NCBI GenBank assembly: GCA_947624565.1
Contig: CANQKX010000003.1
Span: forward strand, 11,340 to 75,339
Direction: 5' to 3'
DNA: 64,000 nucleotides
DNA from: an uncultured Bacilli bacterium
Lineage (GTDB): Bacteria; Bacillota_I; Bacilli_A; RF39; UBA660
Shown here: positions 9,847 through 20,075 of the stretch, one piece after another
Layout of the letters: every line of letters starts with the position of its first letter
Position numbering within the stretch: the first letter of the stretch is position 1
Position numbers and translations under genes: made by a program
The notes under the pieces: model-generated
Database searches by the model: none
What the model saw: the letters and a program-made list of their open reading frames with translations, nothing else
What the model was told of the DNA's origin: nothing

Positions 9847-10611
9847 ATGAAAAAACAAAGACTACTAGTAGTAGATGATAATTTAAGTTTAATACATATG
9901 GTAAGAGAGTACTGTAAAAATAGCAGTAAAATGGAGGTTACCTACGAAGCACATGATGGAGAGGAAGGCTTTAAAATATTAAAAGAGCATAGTGAAGAAA
10001 TAGATCTAGTTTTACTAGATTTAATTATGCCTAATAAAGATGGATTATATTTTCTAGATGAAGTAGAAAATGGAAATATTAAACCAAATATAATTGTTGT
10101 TACATCTTTTAATGCAGATGAAATGATAAGAAGAGTATCAGCATATAATATTAAATATTTTTTATTAAAACCATTTGATTTAGAAGATTTAGAACAAAGA
10201 GTTTTAGAAGCAACTAATCAAGTAGAATTTAAAACTGCAAATGCACATGAACAAGATTTAAGAATATCTGTAACAAAATTGCTTCATGAACTAGGTGTTC
10301 CATCACATATAAAGGGATATCAATATATAAGAGAAAGTATATTACTATTATATAATAATCCAGATATAGTAGGAGGAATAACTAAAGAATTGTATCCAGA
10401 TATTGCATCTAGATTTAATACTTCAGTTTCAAGAGTAGAAAGAGCAATAAGACATGCGATTGAGGTAAGTTGGAATAGAGGTAATTTAGATCTTATGGAA
10501 GAAATTTTTGGACATAGTGTAGATTATGATAAAGCAAAACCAACAAATAGTGAATTTATTGTAACAGTAGCAGATAAATTAAAGATAGAATTTAATGCAT
10601 TTAAAGTTTAA
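9847..10611 (+). CDS. spo0A: Sporulation master regulator Spo0A
   Basis: Receiver LLDLIMPNKDG; C-terminal GVPSHIKGYQY, ITKELYP, SRVERAIRHAIEV, KPTNSEFI; ATG 9847 follows GAGAGG. Confidence 0.97.
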   Translation: MKKQRLLVVDDNLSLIHMVREYCKNSSKMEVTYEAHDGEEGFKILKEHSEEIDLVLLDLIMPNKDGLYFLDEVENGNIKPNIIVVTSFNADEMIRRVSAYNIKYFLLKPFDLEDLEQRVLEATNQVEFKTANAHEQDLRISVTKLLHELGVPSHIKGYQYIRESILLLYNNPDIVGGITKELYPDIASRFNTSVSRVERAIRHAIEVSWNRGNLDLMEEIFGHSVDYDKAKPTNSEFIVTVADKLKIEFNAFKV

Positions 10612-10739
10612 TTAATCCATTTAGGATTTTTTTAAAACTAATTATTTAAATATAATTCATAATTTTTACATAATTTAAAAAAATACTTTATTATTCATAC
10701 AATTTTTGTTATAATTATAGATGATAGAGTAGGTGTTAT

Positions 10740-11426
10740 ATGTTTATAAAGAAAATATTAATAATTTTGCTATGCCTATTTGTATTTACAGGATGTAAAA
10801 TCCAAGATATTAGTAACGATGATGTAATATCAAATGTAAATTTAATATTAAATAGAAATGTAAAATATATAAATAAAGATGCAGTTGGATATCAATATTA
10901 TTTGCCAGCATATATATCAGTTAAAGATACAAATGATTTTAATAAAGTTCTATATTATGAGGGAAAAACATTTTACATGTATGTTGATGTTGTAAGTTAT
11001 TATCACAATATACAAAAGGAATATAAAGTAAATAAAAAAGCATACATATCAGAAAAGCTAAAACAAAAAAATAAATATGGATATTTACAAGTAAATAAAG
11101 TAGATAATAAATACTATATACAGATGATGTATAATTATGCAAAAATAGAAGCATATGTAAATGATTATGAATTAGTTGATTCAATTAGTAGTATTTCATA
11201 TATTCTTTCTAGTATAAAGTATAATGATAATACAATAGAGACGTTATTAGGAGATAAAAAATACAATTTAAGTGATAATGAAACTTATAATATATTTGAA
11301 ACTAAAGAAACTTCTCAAGATAACTTTTTAGATTATATTAATGAATATGATAATTATAGTGGAGAGTCATCAGCGGAAAGTTTAATTGAAAAGAAAGAAT
11401 TAGAATCAACACAAGAGGAGGATTAA
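10740..11426 (+). CDS. Putative lipoprotein
   Basis: Signal peptide with lipobox FTGC. Confidence 0.6.
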   Translation: MFIKKILIILLCLFVFTGCKIQDISNDDVISNVNLILNRNVKYINKDAVGYQYYLPAYISVKDTNDFNKVLYYEGKTFYMYVDVVSYYHNIQKEYKVNKKAYISEKLKQKNKYGYLQVNKVDNKYYIQMMYNYAKIEAYVNDYELVDSISSISYILSSIKYNDNTIETLLGDKKYNLSDNETYNIFETKETSQDNFLDYINEYDNYSGESSAESLIEKKELESTQEED

Positions 11427-11427
11427 T

Positions 11428-12213
11428 ATGAAAATATTTGAAAAAGTAAAAAATTTCTTTTTTGATGATGAAGTAGAAGAAGATCAAGATGAAGAAGAAA
11501 TTGAAATTCCAGTTAAAGTTCATCATAAAGAAAAAAAAGAAAATGAAGAGATAACAGAAAGAGAATTATTTAGATCTGAAAGAACATTTAATTTTCCTAT
11601 GGATGTTGATGATGATAATAGTATTGAATATGAAGTTAGAGAAAAAAATACAGATTTAAAAGAAACAGTTATTAATAGATCTGAACCTAAAAGAAATAGT
11701 ATTTCTGTTAATCATAATTCACAGTCAAGAACATATTCAAAGTACTTTAATGAAGAGGAAAAGAAAGAAGTAAAAAAATTTAAACCAACTCCTGTTATAT
11801 CTCCAATATATGGAGTATTAGATAAAAATTATAAAAAAGAAGATGTAGCAATAGACGCAAGTAACAGTTTTAATGAATCTAAAAAATTAAATTATGACAT
11901 TATTAGAAAAAAAGCATATGGAAATATGTATGAAAGTAATGAAGAAGAAGAAAAATCAAAAGGAATTTTCTTTAATTTAAATGAAGAAGAAAAAGAAGAT
12001 ACAGATAATGATGATGAAGTTAAAATAGTATATAATGATGTAACATTTGAAGAAGATGATTCACCAAAAGATGAAGAAGAAAAAGAAGATAATATTGATG
12101 TTGAAGAAAATAATGAAGAAGAAAAAATATTATCAGAAACAAAAGAACAAGATTTATTTAATTTAATAGATAATATGTATAACTCCGAAGAAGACGAAGA
12201 GGAGGAAGAATAA
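11428..12213 (+). CDS. Acidic hypothetical protein
   Basis: Long ORF with RBS; FKPTPVISPIYG is the only motif-like segment. Confidence 0.6.
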   Translation: MKIFEKVKNFFFDDEVEEDQDEEEIEIPVKVHHKEKKENEEITERELFRSERTFNFPMDVDDDNSIEYEVREKNTDLKETVINRSEPKRNSISVNHNSQSRTYSKYFNEEEKKEVKKFKPTPVISPIYGVLDKNYKKEDVAIDASNSFNESKKLNYDIIRKKAYGNMYESNEEEEKSKGIFFNLNEEEKEDTDNDDEVKIVYNDVTFEEDDSPKDEEEKEDNIDVEENNEEEKILSETKEQDLFNLIDNMYNSEEDEEEEE

Positions 12214-12214
12214 T

Positions 12215-12505
12215 ATGATGTTTTTAGATGAATTTTTACCAATAGTTATTTATATACTATTAATAGTACTTATTATATTATTAATCGTAATAGCAGTAAA
12301 AGTTATTAAAGCAATGAATAAAGTACAGATAATAGTAGATAATGTTAATGATAAAGTTGAATCATTAAATAATTTTTTCCATGTAATTGATGGTGTTAGT
12401 AGTAAGATGAACTTACTTGGAGATAGATTCATAAACTTTATAGTAAGTATATTTAATAAAATATTTAAAAAGAAAGAGAAAGGAAAGGAAGATGAAAATG
12501 AGTAA
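12215..12505 (+). CDS. DUF948/YtxG-like membrane protein
   Basis: TM plus coiled coil, directly upstream of a YtxH-like gene. Confidence 0.55.
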   Translation: MMFLDEFLPIVIYILLIVLIILLIVIAVKVIKAMNKVQIIVDNVNDKVESLNNFFHVIDGVSSKMNLLGDRFINFIVSIFNKIFKKKEKGKEDENE

Positions 12506-12896
12506 AAAAGGAACTGGAAAATTAATTTTAGGTGCAGGTATAGGAGCAGGATTAGCACTTTTATTCGCACCAAAGAAAGGTGACGAACTTAGAGAGGATT
12601 TAAAGGTTAGAATTAATAACTTAGTAAAAAAAGCAAAAGAAGTAGATGTTAATGAAGTAAAAGAAAATCTTGAAAATAAGATAGATGAAATAAAAAAAGA
12701 AATAGAAGATTTAGATAAAGAAAAAGTTAAAGAAATTGCTCAAAAAAAAGTAAAAGATTTAAAAAAGAAAACTGAAGAATTAGTTAAATATGCTAAAGAA
12801 AAAGGAACTCCAGTACTTGAAAAAGCAGCTAAAGAAGTAAAAAAACAAGCAGCTAATGTATGTAAAGAAGTTTTAGCTAAATTAGAAGAAGAATAA
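12492..12896 (+). CDS. YtxH-domain protein
   Basis: GAGIGAGLALLFAPKKGDELR signature. Confidence 0.85.
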   Translation: MKMSKKGTGKLILGAGIGAGLALLFAPKKGDELREDLKVRINNLVKKAKEVDVNEVKENLENKIDEIKKEIEDLDKEKVKEIAQKKVKDLKKKTEELVKYAKEKGTPVLEKAAKEVKKQAANVCKEVLAKLEEE

Positions 12897-12946
12897 TCTT
12901 CTTTTTTATTGACTATTTATAATTTTTATAATAAAATTAATGTGTA

Positions 12947-13160
12947 AATTAATTATGATTTATATATTAGTAATTAATTATATGAAATAAAGAGACTTAA
13001 AGATTTGGTGTAACTTTAAGCATATAATTAATGAATATACAGTATAATGAATTAATTCGTATATCTAGCGTTAATAGATTAAAGAGCATAGAAATCTATG
13101 AAGTAAGGTGGTACCGCTATAATTAGTCCTTACATCTAGATTTTTTATTGTTTAAGGAGG
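12947..13160 (+). promoter_or_regulatory. Tyr T-box riboswitch leader
   Basis: Stem I AGAGA and GGTGTAA motifs; specifier loop GAATATAC with TAC (Tyr) at 13038-13040; T-box GTAAGGTGGTACCGC with GTCCTTAC partner. Confidence 0.85.
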
Positions 13161-13164
13161 ATTT

Positions 13165-14391
13165 ATGGAATTATTTGAAGAATTACAGTGGAGAGGATTA
13201 ATAAAAGATGTTTCTGATCCAAAAATTAAAGATATGATTAATAGTGGTAATTGTACATTTTATTGGGGTACAGATCCATCTGCAGATTCTTTACATATAG
13301 GACATTTATGTAGTTTATTAGTTGCTAAGAGACTAGAAAAGAATAATAATCATCCAATATTATTAATTGGAGGAGCAACTGGACAAATTGGAGATCCAAG
13401 ACCAACAACTGAAAGACCTATGATTACAAAAGAAGAAGTTAATCATAATGTAGAATGCTTGAAAAAGCAAGTAACAGATTTATTTGGATATGAAGTAGTA
13501 GATAACTATGATTGGTCTAAAGAAATTAATTTTATTGACTTCTTAAGAGATTATGGTAAATACTTTAATGTTAACTATATGCTTGATAAAGATATAATTA
13601 GAAGAAGATTAGAAACAGGTATTACCTATACAGAATTTTCTTACATGATAATGCAAGCGCTTGATTTTTTATATTTATATGAAAATAAAAATTGTATATT
13701 ACAAATGGAAGGTTCAGATCAATGGGGAAATATTACATCTGGAATAGATTTAGTTCGTAAAAAAACAGGTAAAGAAGTATATGGATTTACAATACCACTT
13801 ATTACTGATAGTACAGGTAAAAAGTTAGGTAAAAGTGAAGGTAATGCTATATGGCTTGATAAAAATAAGACGTCTAGTTATGAATTATATCAATTTTTCT
13901 TAAATGTTGAAGATTCAATGGTAATAGATTATTTAAAGAAATATACATTTTTAAGTAAAGAAGAAATAGATAAATTAGAAGATAGTACAAATAAAGAACC
14001 TGAAAAGCGTTTAGCACACAAAAAATTAGCAGAAGAAATAGTTACATTTTTACATGGCAAAGAAGGATATGAATCTGCAATTAAAATAACAAATGCATTA
14101 TTTAATGGAAGTATAAAAGAATTAAGTGAAGATGAATTAAAATCTGCTATGAGTGGGGTTGAAACTATTACTATAGATGAAGAATGTAATATAGTTGATA
14201 TGCTTGTTAATACTAAAATATTATCTAGTAAAAGAGAAGCAAGAGAATTTATTACAAATGGATCTATTAGTATTAATGGAGAAAAAATAAATGATTTAGA
14301 TATGCTTGTAAATAAAGAAAATGCATTGTATAATAAATATATAGTAGTTAGAAGAGGAAAAAAGAAATATTATTTAGTTATATTTAATTAG
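13165..14391 (+). CDS. tyrS: Tyrosyl-tRNA synthetase
   Basis: DPSADSLHIGH, GSDQWGNI, KLGKS, C-terminal S4 domain. Confidence 0.97.
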   Translation: MELFEELQWRGLIKDVSDPKIKDMINSGNCTFYWGTDPSADSLHIGHLCSLLVAKRLEKNNNHPILLIGGATGQIGDPRPTTERPMITKEEVNHNVECLKKQVTDLFGYEVVDNYDWSKEINFIDFLRDYGKYFNVNYMLDKDIIRRRLETGITYTEFSYMIMQALDFLYLYENKNCILQMEGSDQWGNITSGIDLVRKKTGKEVYGFTIPLITDSTGKKLGKSEGNAIWLDKNKTSSYELYQFFLNVEDSMVIDYLKKYTFLSKEEIDKLEDSTNKEPEKRLAHKKLAEEIVTFLHGKEGYESAIKITNALFNGSIKELSEDELKSAMSGVETITIDEECNIVDMLVNTKILSSKREAREFITNGSISINGEKINDLDMLVNKENALYNKYIVVRRGKKKYYLVIFN

Positions 14392-14401
14392 GAGGTAAAT
14401 A

Positions 14402-14758
14402 ATGACAAAATTATTTTCAAAGGAAAAAGATATATTTTTAAAGGTAGTTAATTCAATACTAGTTATATGGCTTATGGTTGCTATAGTAATTACTTTAGGT
14501 GTTGGAATTAAAATTATTAATAAAGAAGTAGTTCCAACATACGAAACATATTCTAAAGAAGTTTGTGCATTAGATAAAATACCTGCAGAAGAAATAGATC
14601 AAGAACTTGCTAAAAATAATTGTAATGAAAGTTATATTAGTGAGAAAAAATATATTGAAAGAATGAATAAAGCAAATATTGATAATATATTAATATCAAT
14701 ATCTAATATAGTTATAGTTTCATTATTCTTACATTTATTAAATAAAAAATCAAAATAA
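14402..14758 (+). CDS. Two-TM hypothetical protein
   Basis: RBS AGGAGGT; two hydrophobic segments flanking a loop with two Cys. Confidence 0.6.
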   Translation: MTKLFSKEKDIFLKVVNSILVIWLMVAIVITLGVGIKIINKEVVPTYETYSKEVCALDKIPAEEIDQELAKNNCNESYISEKKYIERMNKANIDNILISISNIVIVSLFLHLLNKKSK

Positions 14759-14785
14759 AAACCCAAGATTAACTTGGATTTTTTT
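14757..14785. terminator. Bidirectional terminator between convergent genes
   Basis: CCAAG-ATTAA-CTTGG flanked by A and T runs. Confidence 0.55.
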
Positions 14786-14786
14786 A

Positions 14787-15389
14787 TTATCTACTATAAA
14801 ACTCAACGATTAATGCTTCATTAATATCTGAACTAAGTTCACTTCTTTCAGGATATCTAACATATGTACCTTCAAGTTTATTTTTATCAAATGTTACATA
14901 TTCAACAGTATTGTTAATAGCTTCTAGTGCTTCTTTAATAGCTTTATGATCTTTAGAAGATTCTTTTACACTAATAACATCTGATGGTTTAACTGAATAT
15001 GATGGTATATCAACCTTTTTACCATTAACAAGTATATGTCCATGATTAACTATTTGTCTAGCACCTCTTCTTGTTCTAGAAAGTCCCATACGATAAACAA
15101 TATTATCTAATCTACTTTCAAGAAGTTTTAAGAAGTTTTCACCATGAATACCTTGCATTTTACCAGCTTTTTCAAAAAGTATTCTGAATTGTTTTTCATT
15201 TAGTCCATAAGTAAATTTAACTTTTTGTTTTTCATTTAATTGAATAGAATAGTTAGAAGCTTTTGCTTTTCTGTCTTGTCCATGAACACCTGGTTTATAA
15301 GGTCTTTTAACTATATCTTTACCATTTTCTAAAGTAGAAAAACCAACTCTACGACTTTTTTTATTCGCAGGTCCAGTATATCTTGACAT
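14787..15389 (-). CDS. rpsD: 30S ribosomal protein S4
   Basis: [30 protein letters not shown]. Confidence 0.98.
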   Translation of the reverse strand: MSRYTGPANKKSRRVGFSTLENGKDIVKRPYKPGVHGQDRKAKASNYSIQLNEKQKVKFTYGLNEKQFRILFEKAGKMQGIHGENFLKLLESRLDNIVYRMGLSRTRRGARQIVNHGHILVNGKKVDIPSYSVKPSDVISVKESSKDHKAIKEALEAINNTVEYVTFDKNKLEGTYVRYPERSELSSDINEALIVEFYSR

Positions 15390-15594
15390 TTTCCTTTTCC
15401 TCCTTTACTAAATTTCAAACTTTAAGTACTTTTTTGCCAGTATATAGGGTGTTATTTTTTAATATTTTCCTATACGTAGCTTAAAAAGGGTATAGTACTA
15501 ATAATACTTATTCGTAAATAACACATTAAATACTTCAAAAAACGCTACAAAATGTTTGCAATATAAATTATAACATAAAAATGTAAATAGTCAA
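15390..15594 (-). promoter_or_regulatory. rpsD sigmaA promoter and long leader (probable S4 autoregulatory element)
   Basis: TTGACT (15594-15589)-N16-TATAAT (15572-15567) with extended TG; about 170-nt untranslated leader as known for Bacilli rpsD. Confidence 0.5.
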
Positions 15595-15652
15595 TATCAT
15601 TAATTTATATTATTATTAAATTATGTTATAATTTTGTATAGTAGGTGAGAAT

Positions 15653-16924
15653 ATGAGTATAATTGATATTATAACTAAAAAGAAAAATAAGGAAGAATTA
15701 ACATATGAAGAAATCAAATATATGGTTGATGGATTTATTAATGGTGAAATTAAAGATTATCAAATGAGTTCATTTTTAATGGCTATAACTATTAATGGTA
15801 TGACTTTAGATGAAACATTTAATTTAACTAAAGTTATGATTGAAAGTGGAGATATAATTGATTTATCGACTATTGATGGAATAAAAGTAGATAAACACTC
15901 AACAGGTGGGGTAGGTGATAAAACTACTTTAGTAGTTGCACCTCTTACTGCTTCATGTGGGGTACCTATAGCTAAAATGAGTGGAAGAGGACTTGGATTT
16001 ACCGGAGGTACAATTGATAAATTAGAATCAATTAAAGGATTTAATACAACTATTAATATGGATTACTTTATAAAACAAGTAAATGATATAAAAATATCAT
16101 TAATATCGCAAACAGGTAATTTAGCACCTGCAGATAAAAAAATATATGCACTAAGAGATGTAACAGCAACAACTGAATCTATTCCTTTAATTGCATCTAG
16201 TATAATGAGTAAAAAAATTGCTTCTGGTGCCGATAAAATAGTTTTAGATGTAAAGGTAGGTAAAGGTGCATTTATGAAAACAATAGATGATGCCAAAGAA
16301 CTATCTAAAACTATGATTAATATAGGTAAAAAATTTAATAAAGAAGTAGTTGCTATTGTTACTAATATGAATTACCCTTTAGGAAAAACTATTGGAAATG
16401 GTATTGAAGTAAAAGAAGCAATTGATACATTAAATTGTAATGGGGAAGAAAGATTTACAAATTTATGTTTAATTATCGCATCATATATGGTATCTTTAGG
16501 AAAAAATATTAGTGTAGAAGATGCTTTTGATATGGTCAAAGAAAAGCTAAATAATAAAGAAGGATATAATAAGTTTTTAGAATTTGTAAAATATCAAGGT
16601 GGAGATATAAATAATATAGATATTTGTAAAAATAAGTATGAAGTATTAAGTGAAAAAGATGGTTATATAACTGATATTGATACATTAAAATTAGCAGGAT
16701 TTGCAAATGATTTAGGTGCTGGAAGAAAAACAAAAGAAGATAATATAAATTATGGTGTAGGAATTATATTAGAAAAAGGTATAAATGATTATGTTAATAA
16801 GGATGAAGTTATTGGATATGTAATTAGTGATAATATTGTAGATACTAAGTTATTAAGTGATGCATTTATTATAAGTAGTGAAAAAATAAAAGAAGAAAAT
16901 ATAATATTTGATATTATAAAATAA
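15653..16924 (+). CDS. pdp: Pyrimidine-nucleoside phosphorylase
   Basis: DKHSTGGVGDK, KMSGRGLG, YALRDVTAT, SIMSKK. Confidence 0.95.
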   Translation: MSIIDIITKKKNKEELTYEEIKYMVDGFINGEIKDYQMSSFLMAITINGMTLDETFNLTKVMIESGDIIDLSTIDGIKVDKHSTGGVGDKTTLVVAPLTASCGVPIAKMSGRGLGFTGGTIDKLESIKGFNTTINMDYFIKQVNDIKISLISQTGNLAPADKKIYALRDVTATTESIPLIASSIMSKKIASGADKIVLDVKVGKGAFMKTIDDAKELSKTMINIGKKFNKEVVAIVTNMNYPLGKTIGNGIEVKEAIDTLNCNGEERFTNLCLIIASYMVSLGKNISVEDAFDMVKEKLNNKEGYNKFLEFVKYQGGDINNIDICKNKYEVLSEKDGYITDIDTLKLAGFANDLGAGRKTKEDNINYGVGIILEKGINDYVNKDEVIGYVISDNIVDTKLLSDAFIISSEKIKEENIIFDIIK

Positions 16925-16944
16925 AAAGAACTCAGTTCTTTTTA
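16915..16944 (+). repeat. 30-bp direct repeat, left copy (pdp stop plus terminator)
   Basis: TATAAAATAAAAAGAACTCAGTTCTTTTTA, 29/30 identical to 18405-18434. Confidence 0.8.
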
Positions 16945-17312
16945 CTTTGTAAATTATTTGGAATTTATTTTACATGATAATTTATAAATTTAAATTAATT
17001 TTAATTTCAACAAGGAATATATAACAGAAAGAAACTATATATAATGTTGAAAAAGAAATATTTAATAATATAAGAATTATATTAGTGATATAAAGAATAA
17101 TAAATCAATTATTATTTAGAAGGAACAAAAATTATATTTGAACAAATTATATAAGTAGAACAGTTAAAGAATATTGATGTAAATGTGTAAATATGTTACA
17201 ATATAAAACTAGATAAAGTTCAAAGAAATTCGATGGAGGATTATAGTTAATTAGTCATTACATATTATATAATTTATCTTGTAAATGACTACTAATACTA
17301 TATAAGATAATT

Positions 17313-17867
17313 ATGAATAATGAAAATACTAAAGAAATTTTTAATTATAATGGAGAATGTAGTTTTAAACAATTTAAAGATTATATTAAAGTTTATATTA
17401 AGGAATTTCCAGTAAGAATACCAAAAAAAGGTATAATTATTTTTACAATAGTATATTTTTTATCTGCCTTAGTAGGCTCTATGATAGAAGAAACATCCAT
17501 ATATGACGTTTTATTTTTATTTATAGTGTATTTAATATTTCTTCTTCTAATTCTATTTAGTGTATTTTTAACAATAAAAATAACTACACGAAAACAATAC
17601 AAAATACTTACAAAACAGTTAAATTATAAGGAATATACTCTAAAGTTTTATGGTGATTTTTTTATAGCAAATATGGAAGATAGAACTAAAAAAATAGAAT
17701 ATACAAGTATAAAAAAAATTATTGAAAATAAGATATATTTTTACATAATTTATAATACATCATCAGTATTATGGTTAAAAAAAGAATTACTTAATGAAAA
17801 ACAAAAAGATTTTATTAGAAATATAAATGTAGGAGGTTCTTTAAAAAAATATAAAAACTTTAAATAG
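17313..17867 (+). CDS. YcxB-like membrane protein
   Basis: Two TMs then IEYTSIKKIIENKIYFYI. Confidence 0.55.
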   Translation: MNNENTKEIFNYNGECSFKQFKDYIKVYIKEFPVRIPKKGIIIFTIVYFLSALVGSMIEETSIYDVLFLFIVYLIFLLLILFSVFLTIKITTRKQYKILTKQLNYKEYTLKFYGDFFIANMEDRTKKIEYTSIKKIIENKIYFYIIYNTSSVLWLKKELLNEKQKDFIRNINVGGSLKKYKNFK

Positions 17868-18069
17868 AAAGTGTAACTAGATATAGGAAACAAAACGATG
17901 AATTACCAAACAGTGTATCTAATCCTAGAATTTAATAGGAAAACAATAGTATATATGTTTTAGTAAGTGGTCAAAATTTATTAAAAAATAGTATCAAGTG
18001 GTAGGGTAAGATATACTTATTATATAACTGGAAATGCTTGTCATATTGATATAGATTATAGGTGATCAT

Positions 18070-18414
18070 ATGGAAAAATTTATAATAAAAATAATAGATA
18101 TTATAAATACGAAAACTTTATTTTTATATTTACTGATATAGTAACTGAATATTTAAAGACGATTAAAAATAAAAAAATTAATTCATCTATTTCAAGAGAT
18201 GGATATATTAAAAAAATTTGATGGATTGTAGCAGTTTTATTAGGATTTTGTATCAAATATTTCATAGATGTAGATATATTTTTTTATGGTAGTGTAGTAG
18301 TATGTATTATAACAGAAGGAATTTCAAGGAATTTCAATTTATGAAAATTTTAGAGAATTAGGCGTAAAACTATATTTACAAAAGTATTTTGAAAAATTGA
18401 ATGATATAAAATAA
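18070..18414 (+). pseudogene. Phage holin (toxin secretion/phage lysis holin, family 4) pseudogene
   Basis: DIVT.YLK.IKNKKINSSISRDGYIKK...EGIS/IYENFRELGV; in-frame TGA at 18219; 10-bp tandem duplication AAGGAATTTC at 18316-18335 shifts the frame. Confidence 0.75.
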
Positions 18415-18434
18415 AAAGAACTTAGTTCTTTTTA
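18405..18434 (+). repeat. 30-bp direct repeat, right copy (bidirectional terminator)
   Basis: TATAAAATAAAAAGAACTTAGTTCTTTTTA. Confidence 0.8.
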
Positions 18435-19513
18435 TTTGCAATATATTTTATATAATATTCTTCATATGACATACCTTTTTTATGTACTTTAGTTGCAGTT
18501 TCTACTCCAACATATCTTATATGCCATGATTCAGCAGCATAACCAGTTATATCTTCCCATTCTTCTTTATATCTAAATATATATCCATATTTATATGCAT
18601 TTTTAGAAAGCCATGCATATTCTTCTCCTTTAGTTGTTATAGTCCATATGTTAGCAAGATCAATCGCAAGTCCAAGTTCATGTTCTGAAAATCCAGGTTT
18701 AGCAGCAAATTTATCTGCTTTTTCTTTACCATTTTCATATACATAATTGTCATATATTATTTTTTGATAATCATAACTTCTATATGCAGATTCTGCATAG
18801 AAATTAACACCATCTTTTCTAGATGCATCACACATTTCTACAAATTTGTCATATGCTTCTTTTCTTAACTGTTTTTGTCCATAGCTGTTATTAGCGTAAT
18901 CATCTGACATATCAACTAAGTCATCTGGTTCATAATCTTCAGGTATTTCTAAATATTTATTAGTTAAAACAGTAATATCGTTAGGATTTTTAACAATCAC
19001 ACTATCTTCATAATATTCTTTATCCAAATTAAGTTCAATTCTATAAACTATTTCATCAATACTTAAATTTTTATTATTTTTTTGGTAATTTAGATATCTA
19101 TCAAATTTAGAATATTTAAACAAATCATTTTTTATATATTCCTCATAATCTTTATTATATTTTTTAGATAAAAATTCTGTAATTTGACTACTTTTTAAGT
19201 TTCTAAGAACATAATCAATAGTAGTTTTATTATATCCTTTATCATCAAGTTCTATTATATAATCATTTGTTTTATCATTTATCTTTTTATTATTTTTCAA
19301 ATAATTTATGGTATCTTTAATTTCATCTTTTGTGTAATTAATACTAAACAATGTATCAATAATTTTACTATATTTTAAATTAGAAATATAAAGAGGTGCA
19401 TTTAATATCTTTACTCTATTAATTATAAAGATTGGGAGCAATACTATCATAACTAATAATATTTTTGCAATATTTCTTCTAAGTTTATAATTAGGTTTTT
19501 TACTTCTTTTCAA
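18422..19513 (-). CDS. VanY-like M15B D-Ala-D-Ala carboxypeptidase, membrane anchored
   Basis: SAYRSY, PGFSEHELGLAID, ESWHIRYVG. Confidence 0.88.
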   Translation of the reverse strand: MKRSKKPNYKLRRNIAKILLVMIVLLPIFIINRVKILNAPLYISNLKYSKIIDTLFSINYTKDEIKDTINYLKNNKKINDKTNDYIIELDDKGYNKTTIDYVLRNLKSSQITEFLSKKYNKDYEEYIKNDLFKYSKFDRYLNYQKNNKNLSIDEIVYRIELNLDKEYYEDSVIVKNPNDITVLTNKYLEIPEDYEPDDLVDMSDDYANNSYGQKQLRKEAYDKFVEMCDASRKDGVNFYAESAYRSYDYQKIIYDNYVYENGKEKADKFAAKPGFSEHELGLAIDLANIWTITTKGEEYAWLSKNAYKYGYIFRYKEEWEDITGYAAESWHIRYVGVETATKVHKKGMSYEEYYIKYIANKKN

Positions 19514-19616
19514 TATACTTCACCTACTTTACTTTTATTATACCAAAAGTGAAAAAATTGTCTATAAAAATTTCATAAATAAATACTTTTTACATATTTT
19601 TTATTAGAGGTGTTAT

Positions 19617-19972
19617 ATGAAAAAGTTTTTGTTTATATTTTTAATATCTTTTATGTTTATGATTAATGTAAATGCAGAAGATTTAAAACTAACTGAAGGC
19701 GCTAAAAGTTCAATTTTAATAGAAGCATCAACTGGTGAGATAATTCATAATAATAATGAAAATGAAAGACTTGCTCCTGCATCAATGACTAAAATAATGA
19801 GTTTAATTATAATTATGGAAGAAATAGAAAAGAAAAGTATAACTTTAGATGAGGTAATAACTGTAAGTGAAAATGCATCAAAAATGGGTGGATCACAAAT
19901 ATACTTAGAGGCTGGAGAAAAAATGACAGTTAATGATTTATTAAAGGCAATATGTGTTGGTTCTGCGAATGA
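19617..19972 (+). CDS. dacF: D-alanyl-D-alanine carboxypeptidase DacF, 5' segment (interrupted; runs 18 codons into the element to 20027)
   Basis: Signal peptide; ERLAPASMTKIM (SxxK); MGGSQIYLE; homology ends at VGSAN (SxN). Confidence 0.92.
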
Positions 19973-19995
19973 ACTAGCTGTTTCAATAAAGCAGT
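19950..19995 (+). other. Left attachment junction, crossover dinucleotide GA at 19971-19972
   Basis: Only GA is shared with the right junction; element arm 19973-19995 is an imperfect inverted repeat (16/23) of 36579-36601. Confidence 0.85.
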
Positions 19996-20075
19996 CGCAT
20001 CTTTTAAAAGAAGAAATAATAATATAACTACATATAAACCTTATGTTTTAAAGTATTATTGTAAGTTTTATATAT

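Noticed and set aside
18219-18221. In-frame TGA as evidence of genetic code 4
   Set aside because: The same gene has a frameshifting duplication; intact genes use TGG for Trp and some end in TGA (tpiA, dacF).
18422-19513. Vancomycin-resistance locus
   Set aside because: A lone M15B peptidase with no vanHAX or vanRS genes; it lies outside the element and is likely housekeeping.
19973-20027. 136-aa ORF as a complete gene
   Set aside because: Residues after SAN are run-on into the element, and there is no KTG motif.
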